A DNA stretch of 64,000 bases from Macrostomum lignano (taxonomy: Eukaryota): NCBI GenBank assembly GCA_002269645.1, contig NIVC01001542.1, positions 1 to 64,000 of the forward strand, read 5' to 3'. How positions within the stretch are numbered: position 1 is the first letter of the stretch; each line of letters opens with the position of its first letter. Of the stretch, positions 1-12,500 are shown one piece after another. The position numbers were made by a program, and so were the translations under genes. The notes beneath the pieces are model-generated. The model saw nothing but the letters and a program-made list of their open reading frames with translations, did not search any database and was not told where the DNA came from.

Positions 1-897
1 CTCAGCCACGCTGCGGGCAGAAACAACGGCTGCGGGCAGAAACAACGATTCGGCCCGGGATTATAGTCTATGATAAAGATGGTATATCGAAAAACTGCAT
101 ATACTTTGCTTAGCCTGCATCTAGGAGGGCCGAAATGAAGTGATGCGGCCCGCGAAGTATATGATACAATAGAAATATGCAGCCCTCGTATTTGTGCCGT
201 TTCGGCCCTAGGAAGCATAGACATATCTATATATTTAGAAATTTACTTTTAGTTATTTGTTATTTGTCAACTTTTTAAATATCATTGATGTTTAGACTAG
301 ACCATAGACCTTTTTTTAAGTCGAAAAATGTTCAAACGTTCTGGCCATAGACTATTGCAGCTTTCCGGTGTCAGATGCATTATAACACGTTTTGAAGCAT
401 AGAATAAGTGTTTAATTAGGCTTAAGTCTCTTAAAAGTATTTAATTGTACTTGAAAGTTTGTAGAAAACTTTTCTGGAGTTGAAATAATTTAACAAACGA
501 AACTTGACAATTGCCCAATGTTCAAGTTGCAATTTCCAAGTCAAGTCAAGTCGATACAATAATGCAATCACATCAAATCAATACATACCATTCTGAGAAA
601 TCAAGTATGCTTGCTTAAAATAAAATTGAATGATTCGTGTAATACGGTGTTACTGTAAAATGTCCACAATTTCGGAAACAGCTGGTCATTGAAATTGCAA
701 TTTATATGCACCTAGCATTTTCTTAGGCTTTTTTTACTTGGAACAAAATTTTGAACATAAGAGCGGACTGACTACTGTGTTAAGAAAGTACAACAAAAGG
801 CGATAAAAAATTTACAATTTTAGTACTAAATTTTTAGTTGTAGTAATTAAGTACTATTATAATTAAAATATTTAAAGTTAAATATATTATATTACAT

Positions 898-978
898 CGT
901 TCGCCGAAGTGGATTATCCGAAATGGTCTTTCGCCGAAGTGGCCTTCGCCGAAGTGGGCTTTCGCCGAAATGGACTGA
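898..978. repeat. Short tandem motif cluster (ttcgccgaa[a/g]tgg x4-5)
   Basis: ttcgccgaagtgg/ttcgccgaaatgg repeated; resembles subterminal repeats of non-autonomous DNA elements. Confidence 0.7.
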
Positions 979-1041
979 AACTAAATTTAGACTAAGACAC
1001 TAAATTTAGAGATTTTTTCACTTGTCGTCTTGTGGGTAGCA

Positions 1042-1108
1042 GGACAGTTCGGTAACAGACAATTCGGTAACAGACGATTCGGTAACATTATGGACAATTC
1101 AGTAACAA
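1042..1108. repeat. Short tandem motif cluster (acaattcggtaacag x4)
   Basis: ttcggtaaca repeated three times plus a ttcagtaaca variant. Confidence 0.7.
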
Positions 1109-2593
1109 AGCATCGACTAGGCCTAAAGCATCGACTAAACTAGGGCCCTAAAGTTTAAGTTATAGCTATTATACTATTCATTAGACATAGAGCCTAGGCG
1201 TAGATCCTAGGCCTATCGATATTTCTTTAGTAAAAAGGTAGGTTTTTGTTATTCAGTAAAGCCAGAAAAGCCAGAGTAGGTAATTATTATAACTACAATG
1301 AAGAATCATTGCATAGGCCTGATGATAACAAAGAGGGGTTAATCCTTTTATTTTTAATTTGCAATGTAGTATTGTAACAAATGCTTATCATGGTTTTTGT
1401 TATTTGGTCAATAAATAGTTTTGCTATTCTAAATTTTAGTTCCTAGTTATAGTAGGCCTAGTATAGTAGGCCTTATAATGATCTAATTTATATTAGGGCC
1501 TATTATGGGTCTACTAAGAATTTTTTTAAATCTCAAGTTTTGATAATATCACTTTATAAATGATATAGGGTCTTCCTCTGTCTTTAATTAAATCTCACAA
1601 AATGCCACCAAAGTTGTAATAGGGCTTTACTTCTCTCTACTCTATTAATTTCCTAATGCTAGTAGCTGCCACCAAGACTAGGCCTTATTTTATTAAGGTG
1701 GGGACGAAGAAATGAAAATAAGAATTTTAACTTGGCTTGATGTTAACTGACACCAAATGTGGGCAGTGTAATTTTGAATTGCCACTGATGTTGAGTTTGC
1801 ATAAATTAAATCTAAATAATTGCACTGATAAATCTCATTCTCAATAAAATTTCTCTTGATATTCTGGCTGCTAGGGTCTTTTTCAATTCCAGGGAGAGGG
1901 TAGTTTTGGTCGTAGATAAGCAGTCTTTGTTAGACGCGAGCATTCAGAGTAGGTCCTTAGACCAAAATTAATGTACCTTAAATGCTTGACTGATTACTTT
2001 CAGTAGAGTAGCATTGCCACCACCATAATTTACATATTTATGGAACGTTAAAAGTCTCAGAGCTTTCTTCAAGTTAAGACTACGTTATTTTACGCTCTAT
2101 TGGCAAATGACTTAAGATAAACTATGGCTCCTAATCTAGTAAAACACTAAGAAACAACTTAACACTTGTTTATTATCAACAAAATTATTATACACAAGAG
2201 AATCAACTTAACAAATGAATGATTTGGGGGTGCCACAGTGCAGGGCTCTTAAACTAAATTAATGTTCAGTTAGCAAGAATTAATAAGAATTAAGTTGATT
2301 TTGAGTAGAGGTCAGTTGGGAAGAAAAAGGAAATAGGGAAAGGGTTTAAGGGGGGGATAGGCACAAGGAAGGTGGGGTTAAATACCTGAAACACAGAGCA
2401 AAAGGTGGTCAAAGAAGACCAGGAATGGGATAGGGCAAGGACACCAAGGTCCAGAACATGGTGAGAGAAAAATTCTGCAGAAAAGCACAGGAAAAACAAA
2501 AATAACCAGAAAAAGCATACAAAAACTAGAAAAAGGGGCTAAAATATATCATTGCTTGTGCCAGGGGGTGGATAGGTAGGACCACAAACATGC

Positions 2594-2743
2594 GCAACCT
2601 TGGATTCACCGGCCGTTTCTATTGGCAACACATACATGTAAGTTGCTATTGGCTAAGAGCAGTCACGTGACTACTATTCTGTCCAATAGCGATTTACATG
2701 TGTGTGTTGCCAATAGAGATGGCTGGGTGAATCCCAAGGTTGC
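2594..2743. repeat. ~150-bp long inverted repeat (hairpin or palindromic MITE)
   Basis: Arms 2594-2652 and 2683-2743 are reverse complements with 6 substitutions and 2 single-base indels; the 30-nt loop contains the palindrome agtcacgtgact. Confidence 0.85.
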
Positions 2744-3229
2744 ACCCAAGCATGTAGGACCATATATTGGAGCACAGTAAATTAGAATGTCCATAGAATG
2801 TTATTGAAAAAAGATTCAAATTAACCAATCAAAGTGGTAGTGTCAACTACCACACTATTATAAATTTATTATCCTAGAACAAGTCTAAGAAAATTTCTTA
2901 GAATCAGTCTGTGTATATATCTAACTATTTGTCTGAGAATTTTATCTAAGCATAGGTCTAAGTTATTTGTATAATAATTATTCTTAGTATAGATTAAGTA
3001 TTAATTAAACTCTCATAGGTAATGTTCTGCTGTTATTTTGGTAGCCTTCTTAACTTCTTCTGTTATCCTGGCCTGAGCAGTATATGGATTATGGTCTACT
3101 AGTATATGTACTGCATATATGTTCTTTCCAGTCCTGAGTGTTACCATGATTAGTGGGTCACGCCATCATGGCCCTTATATGTTCTAAGATCTACTTTGTA
3201 TTTCTTTTCCTTCTATTGTTCTACTTCTC

Positions 3230-3522
3230 CAGTGGCAGTTTAGGGGGGGGGAGGGCAGCTGCCCTTGGTGACAACAGGTCATTATCTCAAGGGAGGGTAA
3301 CTACCCCACTATCCCCATAGCCCTTAAAGAGACCCTAGGAAAAAAGCAGATGGTCACCCCTGGCATTTTTATAAAAAATTTAGTGTTGTACATTCATTTT
3401 GTAAGAAGTGTGTCATAATTTATTTTTAATTTTTACTTTCTTAAAAGGGGGTGCCCATCTAAAGAAGGGGTGACCACCTAACTACTGCCCCCCCCCCAAC
3501 CAGAGATACTGTGCTGCCACTG
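3230..3522. mobile_element. hAT-type MITE
   Basis: Termini cagtggcag...ctgccactg; perfect 8-bp TSD tacttctc at 3222-3229 and 3523-3530. Confidence 0.85.
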
Positions 3523-5447
3523 TACTTCTCAGTAGTATATACTGTATGCACTTCCTTCTACATCACTTCACTTAGAAAATGAATCAACATGGAAAAACAC
3601 TTCTTAAAATATTTCATCAGAACTCTCAAGAGATTTCTCAACTAACCATTAAGGTTGAAGGCTGATTCGAAGCTTGAATAAGAAAGCATGCTTCTTCTTA
3701 CCACAAATTCGTGTCTATTTATACTACAATTTCAGTTCATTTAAAACAAAAAATAAATTGCAAAAATTTATTTTGAGAAATACAATTATTAAAACAAAAT
3801 ATTTTTTAGAAACATACAGATTTTAAAATGGCAAAGAAAGTTTGTTTTTTGCATACAAGTAAAGAATAAAACTACCTTCCATATATGCCTTTAGGCTTTA
3901 TGGCTGGGCCTATGTTTTTAAGTGCAACAATACTAAACTTTTGGACATCTTAAACTTTAGGTAGCTAAAATAGTTGCAGTTTTGACAAGATCATAATTTT
4001 GTCTCTATAGGGGTTTTTGGCGGTGCTAGCCTAATTTCAAATTTGAGCTTCATGAATCATTTTTTGTAGCCTAAAGCCAACTATCAGGGCATGGGGAATA
4101 GGGGGTTTTAGGATGGGAAAAATTTTCATGGGGAATAATTTTATATACCTAAACTTCAATAGAGGCATTAAGGTCTATTGATAGGTAGATAAATTTGGAG
4201 ACTGAGAGAAAGAGGCAACTCTTAGGGGATAGGGGGGGTGTTAACAACCATAAACAAAAATGACAAATTGCTCAACATTTGTTAGAACTTAACCCTTTCA
4301 TATATGCACAACCCCCTGATTTACACTAGGCCTCCCCTAGCCATGCAAGTTACTTTTTAACCAAAAATGCAACTTACCTGTGAAAGAAACCTTAAAGCAA
4401 AAATAATGCAATCTTGGGTAAATGGCAAGAGTAATGACTAACTATCTTATAAAGGCTAAAGGCCTTATTATCTAATTAAGACATACTATGTCCATATTCT
4501 TTAAGGTGGGCATTTTTGTGACTTACCCCTAGTCTATTACAATTAATAATGGCCAAATTGGCTAGGTTGGCCAGCAGTTGCATATTTATGCTTTCATAAT
4601 TACCTTACTGAGCATAACAAAATCATTTAGAAAATTTAAATTAACCTATATTTTATTTTTTGTCCCCCTATTTTTTAATAAAAGTATAAAAAATTATCTA
4701 ATCTTGTTTCAATTTTTAAAAAGAAATTTTGGATTTCTTGGTAAAAAATATGAAGATCTTATCTCAAATTTTTCTTGTCAAGATCTTGTGATTTATGAAA
4801 TCTATGCAAATTAGAATAATTAAACTGAATTTAATCAATTTAAAGTTTTTTTCAATAAAAAAATATAGAAAACATTTGACATTTTAGGACTTACTATAAG
4901 TCCAGGGTATTTTCTAATGAACATATCAATTGATTGTTTATTAGCATCTAGTAAATCTTATAGAATATAAAGTTTTTTTAAATAAATAGATCAATAGATG
5001 CTTCTACCTGGGAGAAGTTAATTGAAATAAGGAATTACCAGTGGCAAAGGCAAAAGTGGGGCATTTGGCTATAATTGGTTGGTAGGATGGCAGGTTAGGG
5101 TAGGTTAGCCTTTATAAACGGGCTATTAGCCTATGCCTGAGAGTATTGAACTGATGGCACCCTAAAGTATATTATGTCTTAAGAGAGATGATATATTTAC
5201 TCTTTAGAATGACAATAAATATACATCTTTTTAAATATATTATTAATTAAGAATTAAAACTTTATGTAGTATATATTTTGCTTTGTTTTGAAAATATACC
5301 TCTCACATACCTCTTGCACATATTAGGCTTTCATTTATATACCAAAGATATCTGAGGTTTATCATAGTCAATTTAATGACTTATGCCCAAATTTATATTA
5401 TGTATGTCTGCTTTTTGAATGATTTTTTTTCAGCCACTGTGAAGAGC

Positions 5448-6305
5448 ATGTATGGTCAGGGCCATTCAAATTATCCACATTCATATGGTATGCCAAGCCA
5501 AGCACCTAGCTACCCTATGGCTCATCCATCTCAGTCTCAACAGCCACCACCATATGGCTTATATGCACCGCCTTTGCCAAGTTTTGCTGCTGGCAATATG
5601 CCTGACCAGATGCCAATGCCTTTGTGTCAGCCAGGACAGCCACCTTACCAGCCAGGCCAGCCACCTTACCAGCCAGGCCAGGCACCCTACCAGCCAGGCC
5701 AGCCACCTTACCAGCCAGGCCAGCCACCTTACCAGCCAGGCCAGCCACCTTACCAGCCAGGCCAGCCACCCTACCAGCCAGGCCAACCACCTTACCAGCC
5801 AGGCCAGCCACCCTACCAGCCAGGCCAGCCACCTTACCAGCCAGGACAGCCACCTCACCAGCCACCCTACCAGCCAGGACAGCCACCTCACCAGTCAGGC
5901 CAGCCACCTTACCAGTCGGGCCAACCACCTCACCAGCCAGGCCAACCGCCTTGTCAGTCAGTGTCACAGCCCTACCAGCCAGGACTGCAATCTTATTCAC
6001 CGGGTTCCCAGCCTTACCAGCCAGCATCCCAGCCATACCAGCCGGGACAATCGTCGCAGTCACCATATCAACAAAGCCAGTTCTCAGCCAGTAGTCACAA
6101 TAAAAGGCTCGCGGATCATGCACAGCCAGCGGCATCGAAAGCCTCGTCTGTTGAACCTTCCGCGCCGCCGCCGCCTCCTTCGCCGCCGCTGCCAACGCCG
6201 CAGTCTGCCGCCCAGCCAGCTTCTACAGGCTCGGGCAACAATACAGGCAAAGAGGCCGCTTTAGACGCCTTGGCCCAGATGATGCAAGGCGATGTCAATC
6301 TTTGA
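5448..6305 (+). CDS. Pro/Gln/Tyr-rich low-complexity protein with YQPGQPP heptad repeats (~285 aa)
   Basis: GC-rich ORF inside AT-rich flanks; acceptor-like tttttttcag at 5433 just before ATG 5448; 21-bp repeats encode YQPGQPP; non-repetitive N- and C-termini stay open in frame. No recognisable globular domain. Confidence 0.65.
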   Translation: MYGQGHSNYPHSYGMPSQAPSYPMAHPSQSQQPPPYGLYAPPLPSFAAGNMPDQMPMPLCQPGQPPYQPGQPPYQPGQAPYQPGQPPYQPGQPPYQPGQPPYQPGQPPYQPGQPPYQPGQPPYQPGQPPYQPGQPPHQPPYQPGQPPHQSGQPPYQSGQPPHQPGQPPCQSVSQPYQPGLQSYSPGSQPYQPASQPYQPGQSSQSPYQQSQFSASSHNKRLADHAQPAASKASSVEPSAPPPPPSPPLPTPQSAAQPASTGSGNNTGKEAALDALAQMMQGDVNL

Positions 6306-6343
6306 CAGAAATGGGAAGAGACAGCTCTTCCTGTCAAGAGACA

Positions 6344-7640
6344 CCTTGATTTGTAGCTTAGATCAGCCTACAATTGACCTTGATTTGTAGCTTAGATCAT
6401 CCTACAGTTGACCTTGATTTTTAGCTTAGATCAGCTTACAGTTGACCTTGATTTGTAGCTTATATCAACCTACAGTTGACCTTGATTTGTAGCTTAGATC
6501 AGCCTACAATTGACCTTGAATTGTAGCTTAGATCAGCCTACAATCAACCTTAATTTGTAGCTTGGATCAACCTACAGTTGACCTTGATTTGTAGCTTAGA
6601 TCAGCCTACAATTGACCTTGATTTGTAGCTTAGATAACCCTACAGTTGACCTTGATTTGTAGCTTAGATCAGCCTACATAATGACCTTGACCTTGATCAA
6701 ATGACCTTGATTTGTAGCTTAGATCAGCTTACAGTTGACCTTGATTTGTAGCTTATATCAACCTACAGTTGACCTTGATTTGTAGCTTATATCAACCTAC
6801 AGTTGACTTTGATTTGTAGCTTATATCAGCCTACAGTTGACCTTGATTTGTAGCTTATATCAACCTACAGTTGACCTTGATTTGTAGCTTAGATCAGCCT
6901 ACAATTGACCTTGAATTGTAGCTTAGATCAACCTACAATTGACCTTGATTTGTAGCTTAGATCAGCCTACATAATGACCTTGACCTTGATCAAATGACCT
7001 TGATTTGTAGCTTAGATCAGCTTACAGTTGACCTTGATTTGTAGCTTATATCAACCTACAGTTGACCTTGATTTGTAGCTTATATCAACCTACAGTTGAC
7101 TTTGATTTGTAGCTTATATCAGCCTACAGTTGACCTTGATTTGTAGCTTATATCAACCTACAGTTGACCTTGATTTGTAGCTTAGATCAGCCTACAATTG
7201 ACCTTGAATTGTAGCTTAGATCAACCTACAATTGACCTTGATTTGTAGCTTAGATCAACCTACAGTTGACCTTGATTTGTAGCTTAGATCAACCTACAGT
7301 TGACCTTGATTTGTAGCTTATATCAACCTACAGTTGACCTTGATTTGTAGCTTATATCAACCTACAATTGACCTTGAATTGTAGCTTATATCAACCTACA
7401 GTTGACCTTGATTTGTAGCTTAGATCAGCCTACAATTGACCTTGAATTGTAGCTTAGATCAACCTACAATTGACCTTGATTTGTAGCTTAGATCAGCCTA
7501 CAATTGACCTTGAATTGTAGCTTAGATCAACCTACAATTGACCTTGATTTGTAGCTTAGATCAACCTACAATTGACCTTGATTTGTAGCTTAGATCAGCC
7601 TACAATCAACCTTAATTTGTAGCTGAGATCAGCCCACGAT
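6344..7640. repeat. 34-bp minisatellite (gaccttgatttgtagcttagatcaacctacagtt), ~38 copies
   Basis: Direct tandem repetition; a variant block (cctacataatgaccttgaccttgatcaaat) recurs at ~6673 and ~6966, indicating ~293-bp higher-order duplication. Confidence 0.95.
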
Positions 7641-8156
7641 TGGCCTTCATAGTTTGCTGATCGCTTTGTTTCTGGAATTTTCTAATTCATTCATATTGAT
7701 TTCTAATCCATTTTTGCATTCCGCCTTGGCTAACCATTCTAACCATTTTTGAATGAAGCAGAAATCAGAATCCAAAGCTATTTAACTAGCCCACTACTAC
7801 GATCGTAGATGTGAAGTAGATATTTAAAAATGTGTGCTCGTAAGATAGTGTATATCTGATGAAGTTAAAATAAAATAACAAAGTCCATCAGCTTCCTGAT
7901 TAATGACTTATTACGAGAATATTTAATGAAAGTAAGAGTCTCGTATATTTTAGATTCTTGCGCCAACCAAAAACTCTGCCGTTAACTTTAAAGTTTTTTA
8001 ACAAAATGTATTTTTGTTTTCAATATAACTAATGACAGTGGTGCCTTATTGTTTATTTAGAAGATAAATTTTGTCTGGCTTATTTTTAATGCATATAAAA
8101 TCTTACTATAACGTAATAATTTAGTTACTTAGTGAATAGAGTGAAGTGTGAAAAAT

Positions 8157-9483
8157 TTAAGCACCAGAGGTATTCAGAGATTTAAGCGCCGCAGATGTCA
8201 GAGATTTAAGCGCTACAGGTATCAGAGATTTAAGCGCCGCAGATGTCAGAGATTTAAGCGCTACAGGTATCAGAGATTTAAGCGCCACAGGTGTCAGAGA
8301 TTTAAGCGCTACATGTATCAGAGATTTAAGCGCCGCAGATGTCAGAGATTTAAGCGCTACAGGTATCAGAGATTTAAGCGCCGCAGATGTCAGAGATTTA
8401 AGCGCTACAGGTATCAGAGATTTAAGCGCCGCAGATGTCAGAGATTTAAGCGCTACAGGTATCAGAGATTTAAGCGCCACAGGTGTCAGAGATTTAAGCG
8501 CTACAGGTATCAGAGATTTAAGCGCCGCAGATGTCAGAGATTTAAGCGCTACAGGTATCAGAGATTTAAGCGCCGCAGATGTCAGATTTAAGCGCTACAG
8601 GTATTAGATATTTAAGCGCCACAGGTATCAGAGATTTAAGCGCTACAGGTATTAAATATTTAAGCGCCACAGGTATTAGAGATTTAAGCGCCGCAGATGT
8701 CAGAGATTTAAGCGCTACAGGTATCAGAGATTTAAGCGCCACAGGTGTCAGAGATTTAAGCGCTACAGGTATCAGAGATTTAAGCGCCGCAGATGTCAGA
8801 GATTTAAGCGCTACAGGTATCAGAGATTTAAGCGCCGCAGATGTCAGATTTAAGCGCTACAGGTATTAGATATTTAAGCGCCACAGGTATCAGAGATTTA
8901 AGCGCTACAGGTATTAAATATTTAAGCGCCACAGGTATTAGAGATTTAAGCGCCACAGGTATCAGAGATTTAAGCGCCGCAGATATCAGATTTAAGCGCT
9001 ACAGGTATCAGAGATTTAAGCGCCGCAGATGTCAGATTTAAGCGCCACAGGTATCAGAGATTTAAGCGCTACAGGTATCAGATTTAAGCGCTACAGGTAT
9101 TAGATATTTAAGCGCCACAGGTATCAGAGATTTAAGCGCTATACAGGTATCAGAGATTTAAGCGCCACAGGTATCAGAGATTTAAGCGACGCAGATGTCA
9201 GATTTAAGCGCTACAGGTATCAGAGATTTAAGCGCTACAGGTATCAGATTGAAGCGCTACAGGTATTAGATATTTAAGCGCCACAGGTATCAGAGATTTA
9301 AGCGCTACAGGTATCAGATTTAAGCGCTACAGGTATTAGATATTTAAGCGCCACAGGTATCAGAGATTTAAGCGCTACAGGTATCAGAGATTTAAGCGCC
9401 ACAGGTATCAGAGATTTAAGCGACGCAGATGTCAGATTTAAGCGCTACAGGTATCAGAGATTTAAGCGCCGCAGGTATCAGAG
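8157..9483. repeat. 24-bp minisatellite (tcagagatttaagcgc-core) with alternating variants
   Basis: Units ...gctacaggta and ...gccgcagatg alternate as 48-bp dimers; 22-bp deletion variants appear in the distal half. Confidence 0.95.
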
Positions 9484-9553
9484 TGCCACGAAAAAAGTGA
9501 TAATGGTCGGTGAAATTTGAATAATTATTCATTATACTTGTGACGCATTTCAG

Positions 9554-12500
9554 GCCGAATCGAGCTCCGATCGTTTGGCCGCCTTCCAACAGGAAGTGGA
9601 GGCTCTGGTGCGATTCAAAGACGAATACTTTGCCCAGCAACAGGAGCAGCAGCAACGGGGCGGTCGTTCAGCGGCAGTTGAGGCTCGGGTTGAGCAGATC
9701 GCCTCCCGATACGCCGATGTCGGCGCCTCAATCAGCGGCCCGGACAGTCGCTGCGCCCACGCCCTGTCTATGGGCAAACTCTACCACTGCTTGGAGGAAT
9801 TCGACCAGCGAGCCTTGGACAATTTGACTACGGCCGCGAAACTGAAGCCGGACCAGCCGGAGGCCTGGCGCTTGCTCGGCGAAACCTACTGGAAACGGCG
9901 GGACTATCAGTCCGCTTATAACTGCTTCAACAGCGCATTGCAGCACGGCAGGGATAGCGCTGTGCTGCGCAATCTGTCCATGGTGCTGCGAGCTCTGCCG
10001 TTTGCCAGTGCGGCAGATCGGCTGGCTAAGGTTGAGGAGAGTCTGGCCAAGGCTAAGGAGGCCCTGCAGATGGATATTAAGGTGAGGCGCGAGATTCTGT
10101 AACTCCTGTCTGGGCTGTGTGCACCCTGTCACATTGTCACCACAACCGGCGAGAGGCACACATAGCGTGGGGATCAAGGACTACTTAGGACGGGAAAATA
10201 CGTTTCTCGGAAAACTTTAAGAGGCAGGCTTTTCAGAAAGGCAAGACATCGAAAGATGAACTCTGGGTCTGCCACCTTTAAAAAGCAATAACCATTTTTT
10301 GTGCTGAAAATGAAAGCCTTCTATCTTCGTTATCCTTGGCAGTCGTACGCACAGGCTCACATTTACACAGGAGTGTACAGGGGCCCTGACTTTATTTATC
10401 GTTAGGCATGTACACTTCACTTGTGCTTTGGGGGTTGGACCTCGAGGGCGCTAATTATTTAGCCCCAAATGAATGCCACTGCACTTGGAATCGAGCCTGG
10501 GCCGCTGGCTCATCATTGGCTATACGGCTCCCCTTGTAGGTAAAAAAAGGTAAATCTGTAGGTTGGTAAGAATAAGAACCGGATAACAGGTGAATTATAT
10601 AACAGCCCTCTGTCTCACTCACTCGAAACAATTTCCCTGAAATGAGTTACCTCTGAAACAGCAAGGGGTTTGTCTACGTATCGTGCCTTTGATAGTAGTA
10701 TATTCTGCATCTATAGATTTGATTAAATTCTCATTTAATAAATCTACTTGCAATGCCGCAGGACGGGCGCAGCTGGGCGGTGCTTGGCAACGCCTACCTG
10801 AGCTGCTACTTCACCAAGGACCAGTCCAGCACCTCCATGCGCTTGGCCATGTCCGCCTACAGCAACGCTATGAAGGACCCGGTGGCCAGCAGCGACCCGG
10901 ATCTGCACTACAACTCTGCCATGGCGCACGTCTACCTGGATCAGTACGAGCAGGCGCTCAGCGGATTTCGGATGGCCCACAGGCTTGACCCTAGTTGGCC
11001 GCAGGCTCAGGTAATCTCGGATGCGGCAGTGTTGAGATGCTGGGAATAAAAAACATTTCGGAAATAATTGGAAGTGGAAGTAATTGATTGCACCTGCCCT
11101 ACTCGGCCAGATGTGCAACCGGCAGCTCAGCCGCAGCTATTGCGCGGCGCATCCAAGGACGGGGGGGGGTCGTCACACACACCCTCAATTACCCGGCACA
11201 GCTAATGCTGGCACCCATTTTACAACTGGGTGAACTGAAGCAATGCCGTGTTTAAGTGTCGGCAGTGGGTCGGGATTCGAACCCCTGACCTTTCAGTCTT
11301 AATTCGGCACTGTAACCACAAGGCTACACCCCTAATTAATTAGTCTTTAATTCAAAGATTATGGAATAAGAAAAGAATGCCTTTGATGAGGCTATAGGAT
11401 TCTGAAGATCTCAGAAGATCTGTAAGTCGGTATGATGCTGTGTAGTGATGAGGCTGGTGCTATTTGATAAAAACTGGCTCTTATCCTGCAGGAGAAAGTC
11501 ACCCAGCTGCCTCGCATGCTGAGTAGCATCCAGGACATCATCGACAGTCGCGGCCGTTTGAAGCCTCGCGTCTATAAATCCATGATGGAAGGCTTCGCCC
11601 AGCGCCGGGTCAAGGATCTCGGCCCCTACGCTGGTGGCGGCTACTCTGACAGCCGAGGCGAGAGCGTCGCCCTCGCCGAGGTTCGTCTGAGCCAGCTAAA
11701 AGTGGGAGCCAACCCTGAGACTGTGCTGCTGCTGCGAGTGATCGGGCTGCCCCGAGCTGATGACCAGGTAGGTACTTCCGGCGGCTGCTTTTACTCGGTT
11801 TCTTTCGCACTTCCGGTTTTTACTTTAAGTAGCAAATTTATAATTTAGGTTGGTGTTAGAAGTAACAATGTTACACTTCCGGGTTGTATATTTCAGTAGC
11901 TAATTGATACTTCCGGGTTGTATATTTCAGTAGCTAATTGATACTTCCGGGTTGTATATTTCAGTAGCTAATTGATACTTCCGGGTTGTATATTTAAGTA
12001 GTTATTTAATACTTCCGGTTGGTATATTTTAGTAGTTAATTAATACTTCCGGTTGGTATATTTCAGTAGTTAATTAATACTTCCGGTTGGTATATTTCAG
12101 TAGTTAATTAATACTTCCGGTTGGTATATTTTAGTAGTTAATTAATACTTCCGGTTGGTATATTTCAGTAGCTAATTAATACTTCCGGTTGGTATATTTA
12201 AGTAGTTAATTAATACTTCCGGTTGGTATATTTTAGTAGTTAATTAATACTTCCGGTTGGTATATTTCAGTAGTTAATTAATACTTCCGGTTGGTATATT
12301 TTAGTAGTTAATTAATACTTCCGGTTGGTATATTTTAGTAGTTAATTAATACTTCCGGGTTGTATATTTAAGTAGTTATTTAATACTTCCGGTTGGTATA
12401 TTTTAGTAGTTAATAATACTTCCGGTTGGTATATTTCAGTAGTTAATTAATACTTCCGGTTGGTATATTTCAGTAGTTAATTAATACTTCCGGTTGGTAT

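Noticed and set aside
5452-6264. Alternative-frame and antisense ORFs over the Pro/Gln-rich exon
   Set aside because: Shadows of the 21-bp repeat; the YQPGQPP frame best fits the acceptor and ATG context.
8148-9041. ORFs RFKRRRCQ / ALKSLIPV / DLSATGIR
   Set aside because: Reading-frame artefacts of the 24-bp satellite; open in several frames and on both strands.
11255-11331. tRNA gene candidates (also ~17170-17237, 21430-21503, 53554-53600)
   Set aside because: Stems are broken and each head runs into the same non-tRNA body, so they are SINE heads.
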